A DNA stretch of 45,546 nt from NCBI RefSeq assembly GCF_000315625.1, contig NW_005434560.1:198077-243622 (forward strand), written 5' to 3'. This DNA is from Guillardia theta CCMP2712. Taxonomy: Eukaryota; Protista; Cryptophyta. The position numbers and the translations under genes were made by a program. Every line of letters starts with the position of its first letter. Within the stretch, counting starts at the first letter, position 1. The notes beneath the pieces were generated by a model. It saw only the letters and a program-made list of their open reading frames with translations, had not been told where the DNA came from and did not search any database. This document shows, piece by piece, positions 1 through 11,535 of the stretch.

Positions 1-185
1 GGGACAGGGTACCACGCCAGTATAATTCAAATCACCCCACCCTACTTTATCCCTGTCTCACTACCCCCCAGTAAGAGAGAAAAAACCGGGGTAGCTGAAT
101 GGAAGTGTATATATGAACCCCTTCCCAAGGAGAAAAAAAAAGACCAATTTTGCTAGAGCCTGCATATGGCCTTGTGAACGGCATG
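1..185. mobile_element. Terminus of a probable TIR DNA element related to 3521-5649, abutting SatA
   Basis: Ends ...GGCATG where SatA starts mid-unit (same ATG end as the 3521-5649 element). 13-48 (CACGCCAGTATAATTCAAATCACCCCACCCTAC) resembles the reverse complement of the subterminal 3641-3677 of that element. Other end is outside the window. Confidence 0.45.
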
Positions 186-3100
186 TGGCCGGGGGCCTGA
201 TCTCTCCGGGCGGCCGTGACCGGTCAGCGGACCGTGTCAGCAGGCCCGTGACATGTCAGCCGGCTGACAGGGGCGGTGACCCGGCTGACAGGCTCACCTG
301 ACCGGTCACGTGACACATCACGTGACCGAGACAAGACTTTTTTATATCGCAGATCCAAAAACCCATAGGACATTTCTCCCAGGGGGAAGAAAACCTCCCT
401 TGACCCCCCTGTTTCTCGACGGATCCTGCCGGCCGGGCCGGTCAGTAGACCGACTGCAGCCTTCAGCCCCGCCTCAGACCCCCTGGAGGCCCGCCAGGAG
501 GCTAAGTGTCCGGAGATTGGCCGGGGGCCTGATCTCTCCGGGCGGCCGTGACCGGTCAGCGGACCGTGTCAGCAGGCCCGTGACATGTCAGCCGGCTGAC
601 AGGGGCCGTGACCCGGCTGACAGGCTCACCTGACCGGTCACGTGACACATCACGTGACCGAGACAAGACTTTTTTATATCGCAGATCCAAAACCCATAGG
701 ACATTTCTCCCAGGGGGAAGAAAACCTCCCTTGACCCCCCTGTTTCTCGACGGATCCTGCCGGCCGGGCCGGTCAGTAGACCGACTGCAGCCTTCAGCCC
801 CGCCTCAGACCCCCTCAGAGGCCGCCAGGAGGGACCGGTCAGCGGACCGTGTCAGCAGGCCCGTGACATGTCAGCCGGCTGACAGGGGCCGTGACCCGGC
901 TGACAGGCTCACCTGACCGGTCACGTGACACATCACGTGACCGAGACAAGACTTTTTTATATCGCAGATCCAAAAACCCATAGGACATTTCTCCCAGGGG
1001 GAAGAAAACCTCCCTTGACCCCCCTGTTTCTCGACGGATCCTGCCGGCCGGGCCGGTCAGTAGACCGACTGCAGCCTTCAGCCCCGCCTCAGACCCCCTG
1101 GAGGCCCGCCAGGAGGCTAAGTGTCCGGAGATTGGCCGGGGGCCTGATCTCTCCGGGCGGCCGTGACCGGTCAGCGGACCGTGTCAGCAGGCCCGTGACA
1201 TGTCAGCCGGCTGACAGGGGCCGTGACCCGGCTGACAGGCTCACCTGACCGGTCACGTGACACATCACGTGACCGAGACAAGACTTTTTTATATCGCAGA
1301 TCCAAAAACCCATAGGACATTTCTCCCAGGGGGAAGAAAACCTCCCTTGACCCCCCTGTTTCTCGACGGATCCTGCCGGCCGGGCCGGTCAGTAGACCGA
1401 CTGCAGCCTTCAGCCCCGCCTCAGACCCCCTGGAGGCCCGCCAGGAGGCTAAGTGTCCGGAGATTGGCCGGGGGCCTGATCTCTCCGGGCGGCCGTGACC
1501 GGTCAGCGCCGGGACCGTGTCAGCAGGCCCGTGACATGTCAGCCGGCTGACAGGGGCCGTGACCCGGCTGACAGGCTCACCTGACCGGTCACGTGACACA
1601 TCACGTGACCGAGACAAGACTTTTTTATATCGCAGATCCAAAAACCCATAGGACATTTCTCCCAGGGGGAAGAAAACCTCCCTTGACCCCCCTGTTTCTC
1701 GACGGATCCTGCCGGCCGGGCCGGTCAGTAGACCGACTGCAGCCTTCAGCCCCGCCTCAGACCCCCTGGAGGCCCGCCAGGAGGCTAAGTGTCCGGAGAT
1801 TGGCCGGGGGCCTGATCTCTCCGGGCGGCCGTGACCGGTCAGCGGACCGTGTCAGCAGGCCCGTGACATGTCAGCCGGCTGACAGGGGCCGTGACCCGGC
1901 TGACAGGCTCACCTGACCGGTCACGTGACACATCACGTGACCGAGACAAGACTTTTTTATATCGCAGATCCAAAAACCCATAGGACATTTCTCCCAGGGG
2001 GAAGAAAACCTCCCTTGACCCCCCTGTTTCTCGACGGATCCTGCCGGCCGGGCCGGTCAGTAGACCGACTGCAGCCTTCAGCCCCGCCTCAGACCCCCTG
2101 GAGGCCCGCCAGGAGGCTAAGTGTCCGGAGATTGGCCGGGGGCCTGATCTCTCCGGGCGGCCGTGACCGGTCAGCGGACCGTGTCAGCAGGCCCGTGACA
2201 TGTCAGCCGGCTGACAGGGGCCGTGACCCGGCTGACAGGCTCACCTGACCGGTCACGTGACACATCACGTGACCGAGACAAGACTTTTTTATATCGCAGA
2301 TCCAAAAACCCATAGGACATTTCTCCCAGGGAACCTCCCTTGACCCCCCTGTTTCTCGACGGATCCTGCCGGCCGGGCCGGTCAGTAGACCGACTGCAGC
2401 CTTCAGCCCCGCCTCAGACCCCCTGGAGGCCCGCCAGGAGGGACCGGTCAGCGGACCGTGTCAGCAGGCCCGTGACATGTCAGCCGGCTGACAGGGGCCG
2501 TGACCCGGCTGACAGGCTCACCTGACCGGTCACGTGACACATCACGTGACCGAGACAAGACTTTTTTATATCGCAGATCCAAAAACCCATAGGACATTTC
2601 TCCCAGGGGGAAGAAAACCTCCCTTGACCCCCCTGTTTCTCGACGGATCCTGCCGGCCGGGCCGGTCAGTAGACCGACTGCAGCCTTCAGCCCCGCCTCA
2701 GACCCCCTGGAGGCCCGCCAGGAGGCTAAGTGTCCGGAGATTGGCCGGGGGCCTGATCTCTCCGGGCGGCCGTGACCGGTCAGCGGACCGTGTCAGCAGG
2801 CCCGTGACATGTCAGCCGGCTGACAGGGGCCGTGACCCGGCTGACAGGCTCACCTGACCGGTCACGTGACACATCACGTGACCGAGACAAGACTTTTTTA
2901 TATCGCAGATCCAAAAACCCATAGGACATTTCTCCCAGGGGGAAGAAAACCTCCCTTGACCCCCCTGTTTCTCGACGGATCCTGCCGGCCGGGCCGGTCA
3001 GTAGACCGACTGCAGCCTTCAGCCCCGCCTCAGACCCCCTGGAGGCCCGCCAGGAGGCTAAGTGTCCGGAGATTGGCCGGGGGCCTGATCTCTCCGGGCG

Positions 3101-3520
3101 GCCGTGACCGGTCAGCGCCGGGACCGTGTCAGCAGGCCCGTGACATGTCAGCCGGCTGACAGGGGCCGTGACCCGGCTGACAGGCTCACCTGACCGGTCA
3201 CGTGACACATCACGTGACCGAGACAAGACTTTTTTATATCGCAGATCCAAAAACCCATAGGACATTTCTCCCAGGGGGAAGAAAACCTCCCTTGACCCCC
3301 CTGTTTCTCGACGGATCCTGCCGGCCGGGCCGGTCAGTAGACCGACTGCAGCCTTCAGCCCCGCCTCAGACCCCCTGGAGGCCCGCCAGGAGGCTAAGTG
3401 TCCGGAGATTGGCCGGGGGCCTGATCTCTCCGGGCGGCCGTGACCGGTCAGCGGACCGTGTCAGCAGGCCCGTGACATGTCAGCCGGCTGACAGGGGCCG
3501 TGACCCGGCTGACAGGCTCA
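186..3520 (+). repeat. Satellite A tandem array, 332-bp monomer, about 10 copies, with a 5-monomer higher-order repeat
   Basis: Near-identical units in register at 310, 642, 925, 1257, 1593, 1925, 2257, 2534, 2866, 3202. Confidence 0.98.
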
Positions 3521-5649
3521 CATTCTGGGGTCAAACCGCGTTGGTCTTTATTAACGCAAAAGAGGAATGCGTATGCTGTTCTCATAGGATACCGGTGGTA
3601 GTGTACCCCATGGTTTTTGAGGGGTGTTGCTCGGTAATATCAGTGGTAGGGGTGCTTCAAATTTTGAACTGGCGTGTCCATTTGTTTTAACGGCAATGAA
3701 TTGTTTATTCGAATCCGTGGTACAAACAGTTGTACTGAGTAACGGTTCATAACTGCTAATTTGTACTATCTAAAACAATTTTGATGACCCACCCTATCAA
3801 TGAGGGTGGGGAAACGCTCCCATCATTCCCATCGTCTAATCGCACTCCGAGCCGTCATGCTGAGCCGCCGGGCGAGCACAGCAGCAAGGTCAGCGAGCTG
3901 CCACCATGAGCACAGGTGAAGAACCGCCGAGTAAGAAGATGATCGCAAGGTACCATTGGCATCAAGAATTCAGCACATATTCTGACATGGTGATCTTGTA
4001 GAAGTGGATCAAGGCTGCATGAGTTCGTCATCCTACATTTCCAACGACTAAGTCAATCGTATCATCAATTTCTCTTCAAGACTTCTGGGCTCTCAGAGTA
4101 ATGTACTTTATCTGAAAAGTGAACTGAATAAGATAATCTGTAAGATAATGACGAGTCCGCTTAATTAAGGTGCAATCACATCTCACTTGACTCCCTCCTC
4201 GGCACGGCAAATCTTCTGTACGCTTCGATACATCGTTGCTTCACATCATCAGAACAACTTTGATGACTTCTGCTTCTTTGAAATATGCCAATTACTTGAC
4301 TCTCACGACGCTCTTGTTGATTCTTCCCTCCTCTCTTCAAACTCTCCTCATTCAGGTTATTTGCATGTTTGCATGTTTGCTGAAATACATCAACTTTGCT
4401 TGGCTTCCCTAATGGTGGAGCTTTTGACGTCCAATTAAGCCTCAGATCATATCAGGGATCAAGACTCAAGCTTGTAAGCTGGCATGCAAGAATCCATTGT
4501 GCGTTGCAACCAGACTGACATTAATGTAGAATCAAGGTTGGAGGTGATATCTGATTTGACATTTATTATTCATTCGAAGCGTTTATCTCAGGATGTCGAA
4601 CTATCAGCAAATTGACACGGACTCCCAGACAATGATAATGACAACCACAATGTCATATGGGACTTCTCCAACTGCGCGCACAACAGAATGGAAGCACATC
4701 TGCCATCCAACACCGTGCGGTTGAGTTTGCTGTCTTGAAGAGGTTTCAATCTTGTTTGTCACAAAGAGGCAAGGCTTTGAGCATGTGGACATGGATATAT
4801 ACAAGACTATGCATCTTCACAAAGTGTTTTGAAGTCATGCAACAAGAGATGCATCATTCAAAGGCGGAGAAGTTCAAACATGATCTGAACAAGTCATGTG
4901 GCACAGTGAAGCATCTCTCATAAATATGATATTCCATCCAGCACATAAAGATGAAAGTCTGCATGGAATAAAGGTCTTGGACTTTTGTAATACGCTTCAG
5001 CTACAAGCATGCAGAATCTAGTTCTCAACATCGCCAGGCTTTTGCTACCTGTGCACAACGATTAGAAAATGAACAATCCACAGAAGAACTCCATACCTGT
5101 GTGATGGAACGAGTTCATTTGCACCTTCTCCTCTCACAAAATACTTGAGAGTCTCTTCATGCTCGTGTGTGTTCGTGGTTTACTCGTCCCCTTCCATGGA
5201 TGCGTTCAAAAATATGATCCAGACTTTGAAACAGATTATGGCATAATAACATTTTCACCAACCGACGCAGAGGGTTTGACGAAGAGAGATGTTGATGAGA
5301 GTCACCTGCTGCGAGTCACTGCAACTTGGGCTAACATGCTCGCACAAAACTCAAACACTGAAGACAAGGATCCGCAGAGAAGAGCTTCGCGACATGAGAG
5401 AAGAATGGCGAGGGAAGACGCACTGGGGTAGTGGGTGATGGCGTGTAGAATTAAAACATTTTAGAAGGTACCAGGAAACGATAAGCTAAACATCCAAAAT
5501 CACTTTTAATCACAGTTTTGAACATAGTTTGAATTTCAACAGTACAGAATTTCAACCTGCGCGAATCACACGCCGAGTACCCCCATTTTCCCATGCACCA
5601 CCCCCTTGAAAATATGGGACGAGAACCAACGCGGTTTGACCCCAGAATG
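3521..5649. mobile_element. Non-autonomous or degenerate TIR DNA transposon (2129 bp) inserted in SatA
   Basis: Perfect 25-bp TIRs CATTCTGGGGTCAAACCGCGTTGGT (3521-3545; reverse complement 5625-5649). TSD TCA at 3518-3520 and 5650-5652; removal restores the SatA unit. No long ORF inside. Confidence 0.93.
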
Positions 5650-7532
5650 TCACCTGACCGGTCACGTGACACATCACGTGACCGAGACAAGACTTTTTTA
5701 TATCGCAGATCCAAAAACCCATAGGACATTTCTCCCAGGGGGAAGAAAACCTCCCTTGACCCCCCTGTTTCTCGACGGATCCTGCCGGCCGGGCCGGTCA
5801 GTAGACCGACTGCAGCCTTCAGCCCCGCCTCAGACCCCCTGGAGGCCCGCCAGGAGGCTAAGTGTCCGGAGATTGGCCGGGGGCCTGATCTCTCCGGGCG
5901 GCCGTGACCGGTCAGCGGACCGTGTCAGCAGGCCCGTGACATGTCAGCCGGCTGACAGGGGCCGTGACCCGGCTGACAGGCTCACCTGACCGGTCACGTG
6001 ACACATCACGTGACCGAGACAAGACTTTTTTATATCGCAGATCCAAAAACCCATAGGACATTTCTCCCAGGGGGAAGAAAACCTCCCTTGACCCCCCTGT
6101 TTCTCGACGGATCCTGCCGGCCGGGCCGGTCAGTAGACCGACTGCAGCCTTCAGCCCCGCCTCAGACCCCCTGGAGGCCCGCCAGGAGGCTAAGTGTCCG
6201 GAGATTGGCCGGGGGCCTGATCTCTCCGGGCGGCCGTGACCGGTCAGCGGACCGTGTCAGCAGGCCCGTGACATGTCAGCCGGCTGACAGGGGCCGTGAC
6301 CCGGCTGACAGGCTCACCTGACCGGTCACGTGACACATCACGTGACCGAGACAAGACTTTTTTATATCGCAGATCCAAAAACCCATAGGACATTTCTCCC
6401 AGGGGGAAGAAAACCTCCCTTGACCCCCCTGTTTCTCGACGGATCCTGCCGCCGGGCCCGTCAGTAGACCGACTGCAGCCTTCAGCCCCGCCTCAGACCC
6501 CCTGGAGGCCCGCCAGGAGGCTAAGTGTCCGGAGATTGGCCGGGGGCCTGATCTCTCCGGGCGGCCGTGACCGGTCAGCGGACCGTGTCAGCAGGCCCGT
6601 GACATGTCAGCCGGCTGACAGGGGCCGTGACCCGGCTGACAGGCTCACCTGACCGGTCACGTGACACATCACGTGACCGAGACAAGACTTTTTTTATATC
6701 GCAGATCCCAAAAAACCCATAGGACATTTCTCCCAGGGGGAAGAAAACCTCCCTTGACCCCCCTGTTTCTCGACGGATCCTGCCGGCCGGGCCCGTCAGT
6801 AGACCGACTGCAGCCTTCAGCCCCGCCTCAGACCCCCTGGAGGCCCGCCAGGAGGCTAAGTGTCCGGAGATTGGCCGGGGGCCTGATCTCTCCGGGCGGC
6901 CGTGACCGGTCAGCGGACCGTGTCAGCAGGCCCGTGACATGTCAGCCGGCTGACAGGGGCCGTGACCCGGCTGACAGGCTCACCTGACCGGTCACGTGAC
7001 ACATCACGTGACCGAGACAAGACTTTTTTATATCGCAGATCCAAAAACCCATAGGACATTTCTCCCAGGGGGAAGAAAACCTCCCTTGACCCCCCTGTTT
7101 CTCGACGGATCCTGCCGGCCGGGCCCGTCAGTAGACCGACTGCAGCCTTCAGCCCCGCCTCAGACCCCCTGGAGGCCCGCCAGGAGGCTAAGTGTCCGGA
7201 GATTGGCCGGGGGCCTGATCTCTCCGGGCGGCCGTGACCGGTCAGCGGACCGTGTCAGCAGGCCCGTGACATGTCAGCCGGCTGACAGGGGCCGTGACCC
7301 GGCTGACAGGCTCACCTGACCGGTCACGTGACACATCACGTGACCGAGACAAGACTTTTTTATATCGCAGATCCAAAAACCCATAGGACATTTCTCCCAG
7401 GGGGAAGAAAACCTCCCTTGACCCCCCTGTTTCTCGACGGATCCTGCCGGCCGGGCCCGTCAGTAGACCGACTGCAGCCTTCAGCCCCGCCTCAGACCCC
7501 CTGGAGGCCCGCCAGGAGGCTAAGTGTCCGGA
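5650..7532 (+). repeat. Satellite A array continued, about 5.7 copies
   Basis: 332-bp units; from the unit at 6330 onward they carry GGGCCCGTCAGTAG instead of GGGCCGGTCAGTAG. Confidence 0.98.
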
Positions 7533-8083
7533 CGGCCCGCACGGGCCTGTAGCTCGCCGGAACCCTGGATTTTCAACTCAATTTCCAGTTGAGTTTCGAC
7601 CTCGAAAAAAATCCTATACGTATAAATACGTTGCAAGTTTTTTCTTCCCGGCTTCTCTCCCATATCATTTTATACCTCCCCGCGACCCCTCGGCTCAAGC
7701 GCCACACTGGCATTTTGTCGGGAGGCTCATAACCTGTTTCCACGGGCCCGGACGGCCCGCACGGGCCTGGAGCTCGCCGGAAAGGCCCGGAATATGCCCA
7801 AAGGATGTTAATCAGGCCAATCCAAAGCAAAGAGACATAATCAGGACTTTTTGGAGAGATTTCCGATCAATTAGTACATGAACTGGTTTATAGGTAGAAA
7901 AACCCTGGATTTTCAACTCAATTTCCAGTTGAGTTTCGACCTCGAAAAAATCCTATGCGTATAAATACGTTGCAAGTTTTTTCTTCCCGGCTTCTCTCCC
8001 ATATCATTTTATACCTCCCCGCGACCCCTCGGCTCAAGCGCCACACTGGCATTTTGTCGGGAGGCTCATAACGGCCCGGACGG
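7528..8083 (+). repeat. Satellite B, 340-bp monomer, forward orientation, about 1.6 copies
   Basis: AACCCTGGATTTTCAACTCA recurs at 7561 and 7901. Joined to SatA through a CCGGA microhomology (7528-7532). Confidence 0.93.
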
Positions 8084-8695
8084 GTACGAAACAGTAGACG
8101 ACACGGCCGAGACCTGGAGGACCTTTCTCCCGTTGGACGACCGTGCAAGGTTCTGCGCGTTCACCCCGGCGGTCACCGCCTGCATGTTGGTCCAGGACTG
8201 AGACTGCAGGGCCACGATCACCGCCGTCGTGTTCGGGGGGAGGTCCGTCCCGTTCCCGATCGCCTGCATGAGCCTCCGATGGTTGCCCGAAAGCCCGCTG
8301 CCAGGGTCCACATGGTTGGTCAGGATCTGGGTGACATAATCGATAACAAGGCTGCTGACCTCGGCCCCGTACGTCGCGACGTACAGCTCGATCTGCTTCT
8401 TAAGGTAGTCCTGCAGGCTCGTCCCCGCCGGTATGTCACCCTCGATGTTCAGGCGGATCAGGGAGTAGTAGGTCGTGTCCTTGGGCGGTGCCTTCGCGGT
8501 GGACTGAGCCTGCGTGAGCTGCCCGGGGCTCGGGGTCGCAAGGATCGTTGTCACGGGGACGAAGCCAGCCGATGTCTCCGCGAGTGTGGAGTTCGAGGCA
8601 TTGACAAGCAGCGTGGGGTCGGTTTCATTGCATTGCACTCCACCCAGCCCAAACACCAGGAGGTCAAGAGTCAACAATAATGTAGCCAGCCGCAT
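8066..8695 (-). pseudogene. 3'-truncated gene for a secreted or surface protein (signal peptide, S/T/P-rich stretch), virus-like
   Basis: ATG at 8695 gives MRLATLLLTLDLLVFGLGGVQC, with TATATAA 30 nt upstream. The frame runs into SatB at about 8083 and stops inside the satellite. Confidence 0.65.
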
Positions 8696-9228
8696 TTGCG
8701 TTCGATTTGGGTTTCGACTTATATACCACCAATACGGCCACCACTCGAAAGAACAGCGCAAACAAGGGGAAAACCACAAACGGGCTCAGGGCAAGCAGGG
8801 GAACAAAGATGACACTGCCATCGTCGCTCTCATAACCGACTGGAGTATCATCCTGACAGTGCAGCAAATCGAGTTGTGTTGCCATCTCGGTCGCGGGCAA
8901 CTTCAAGTCCGTGGGTGGGGCTTGGGCTAAAACCTCGGCCTTAGCTACAGCTACAACCTCAGCCTCAGCTACAACCTCAGCTTCACCAAGAGCCTTCTCA
9001 ACAAACTTCCTCAACGCACTCTTGAACTCACCCTTCTTGAAACTAATCCCAACAACACCAACCTTAGATCCCTTCCCATACACTCGGCGAAGACTAGCAC
9101 GGTGGCACACAACAGCAACCATCACTCTCGCTACCAAAAACGTGGCAATGTGACTCTTCAGAGACCACAGACCGTTTTAAAGGCCGGGAGATTTTTACTA
9201 CAGGGGATGAAAGAACCACCCCACCCTA

Positions 9229-9392
9229 CCAAAAAGTCCTGATTATGTCTCTTTGCTTTGGATCGGCCTGATTGACATCCTTTGGGCATATTCCGGGCCT
9301 CTCCGGCGAGCTCCAGGCCCGTGCGGGCCGTCCGGGCCCGTGGAAACAGGTTATGAGCCTCCCGACAAAATGCCAGTGTGGCGCTTGAGCCG
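9229..9392 (-). repeat. Satellite B partial unit, inverted
   Basis: Reverse complement of about 7690-7853. Confidence 0.93.
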
Positions 9393-9555
9393 TTACGGTT
9401 CTAGGCGGGTTCCTTCACCAAGTTGGTGAAGGCTGCCCAAAATAGATTTCCGTTTGAGCGTTGACTAAACATTTGTACCAAGGCTTTTTTTTCACTACAT
9501 TCTTCCAAACACATCTATTGCCGGGACAAACAGCTAGTATTTACAACGGAACGCA

Positions 9556-10593
9556 ATGCGGAGTTCATGTCTGCAGGCTTCTTTCTCAATTTTACTTGTG
9601 TTTGTGTTAATGCGTTTATTGAATACATTTGGGTTTACAAGTATTCACAGCAACACGTTGCCTATACGGATAACTTCCAATCACAACGGTGTACAAATGT
9701 CCAACATCTCGATCTATGACTGCGTCCTTTTCAATAATGAAATCGCTATGTTGTACTTTCGCATGCATGAACTCTTTGATGTTGTGGACTACTACGTTGT
9801 TGTTGAAGCAACCACAACATTCTCGGGAAAGTCCAAGAGTCTCATAATACCAGAGAAAAGACATCTGTTCAAGAAGTTCGAAGAGAAGCTTATCTACTTT
9901 CCAATCGTCCATGACCTCAATTTCAGTGATGCATGGCAAAGAGAGCAATTCCAACGTGATTGCATTTTGCGTGCTATCCCTCATTCTTTGAAAGATCAAG
10001 ACATTGTAATGTTACATGATTGTGACGAAATCCCAAATAGAACCATTCTTGAGTTCATTCGCAGCGGTAAAATTGCATTAAATCCAAATGGATGTACCTT
10101 TCCCATGGATTTGTGGTACTTTTCTATGAACTTCCCTCCGTTTGCTGACGTTTGGCGTCCTCCCAATCGCGGGGCAGTACCTTTCAAAAAGATTCGCTCA
10201 TACCTGCAACACATAAGTTTGGATAAGGAAAGGATATCACGATTCTCATCTGTCAGCATTCGAATTTACTCTCGACTTGCAGATTGTCCAACGGTTGCAA
10301 TTTGTCAAGGAAAAACATCTGTTTATGGTGCTGTATCGTGTGGTGGAGGATGGCATTTCAGTTATTTCGGCAACGAAAGATTTATTCGCAGTAAATTAGC
10401 TTCTTTCAGTCATCAAGAATATAACAAACAACAAGTATGGAGTCAAATTAAAGAGAAATTGACAGTTGGCGGCGACTTGTTCGGTCGCAAACAACCTCTC
10501 CGTTTGCCAGGCAAATACCAATTCCCCGCTTGCTATGATGTGTTGAACAAATCCTTGCAAGATACAAATTTCGAACCTTCCATTCGTCTGTAA
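9556..10593 (+). CDS. Glycosyltransferase family 17 protein (beta-1,4-N-acetylglucosaminyltransferase, MGAT3-like), type II membrane
   Basis: 345-aa uninterrupted ORF with N-terminal TM anchor and GT17 motifs YDCVLFNNE, VVVEATTTFSG, WQREQFQR, DCDEIP (DxD), GGWHFSY, KLASFSHQE. Confidence 0.9.
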   Translation: MRSSCLQASFSILLVFVLMRLLNTFGFTSIHSNTLPIRITSNHNGVQMSNISIYDCVLFNNEIAMLYFRMHELFDVVDYYVVVEATTTFSGKSKSLIIPEKRHLFKKFEEKLIYFPIVHDLNFSDAWQREQFQRDCILRAIPHSLKDQDIVMLHDCDEIPNRTILEFIRSGKIALNPNGCTFPMDLWYFSMNFPPFADVWRPPNRGAVPFKKIRSYLQHISLDKERISRFSSVSIRIYSRLADCPTVAICQGKTSVYGAVSCGGGWHFSYFGNERFIRSKLASFSHQEYNKQQVWSQIKEKLTVGGDLFGRKQPLRLPGKYQFPACYDVLNKSLQDTNFEPSIRL

Positions 10594-10913
10594 TACACTT
10601 TTCTCCTTCATACAAAATGCTTCATATGGTCCTAAGTACGAAACAGCGTTTGCACAAATTTCACTCCAAGATAGCAAAAGATGACACATCACAAATGTGT
10701 TTGCTGTTGTCATGGAACCCGTGACAACCAACAAGCATTGGAATTTTGTTGTTGCAAGGACGTAGCGTTATAGAACTGTGGCTGTTGGGCAACAGAGAGT
10801 GGGGAAAATCTGATGAGGACACATGTTCACCGCCTACCAGCTCCCCCTCCAGGGGTGCATCAGAGACATGGCTTTGAGGTCTGCCCGTCCGATAGTCAGG
10901 TTGTACAAGAGAT

Positions 10914-11140
10914 CTCCCGACAAAATGCCAGTGTGGCGCTTGAGCCGAGGGGTCGCGGGGAGGTATAAAATGATATGGGAGAGAAGCCGGGAAGAAAAAA
11001 CTTGCAACGTCAACTGGAAATTGAGTTGAAAATCCAGGGTTTTTCTACCTATAAACCAGTTCATGTACTAATTGATCGGAAATCTCTCCAAAAAGTCCTG
11101 ATTATGTCTCTTTGCTTTGGATCGGCCTGATTGACATCCC
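10914..11140 (-). repeat. Satellite B partial unit, inverted, running into the gap
   Basis: Reverse complement of SatB with an internal deletion. The first 34 bp duplicate 9359-9392. Confidence 0.92.
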
Positions 11141-11142
11141 CA

Positions 11143-11242
11143 NNNNNNNNNNNNNNNNNNNNNNNNNNNNNNNNNNNNNNNNNNNNNNNNNNNNNNNNNN
11201 NNNNNNNNNNNNNNNNNNNNNNNNNNNNNNNNNNNNNNNNNN
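11143..11242. other. Assembly gap, 100 N (probably unsized)
   Basis: Run of N. Confidence 1.
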
Positions 11243-11257
11243 TCACACCGTTGCCCG

Positions 11258-11535
11258 CTATGAGTCTTTTCTAAGGCCGCCCTTGCGGGCCCGCCTCAGT
11301 ATATATATGAGTCGGATGACACAAGGAGGTATCAGATCAGTCTAGATGGAGGCCAATGAGCCTCTCCATGACCTCAGATGGAACTAAGATGCAGGCTCAC
11401 CTCGTTCACTCCTCATAGCGTTGCACGTTATGAGTTTTTTCTAAGGCGGGCCCTGCGGGCCCGCCTCAGTATATATATGAGTCGGATGACACAAGGAGGT
11501 ATCAGATCAGTCTAGATGGAGGCCAATGAGCCTCT
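11258..11535 (-). repeat. Satellite C (171-bp monomer), inverted, two partial units
   Basis: Reverse complement of the unit at 17730-17900, with a short non-matching filler at about 11384-11425. Confidence 0.92.

Noticed and set aside
113-7552. Repeated 107-aa ORFs (MTHHVTETRLF...) and their antisense ORFs
   Set aside because: Translations of the GC-rich SatA monomer with non-ATG starts, freely broken by indels between copies.
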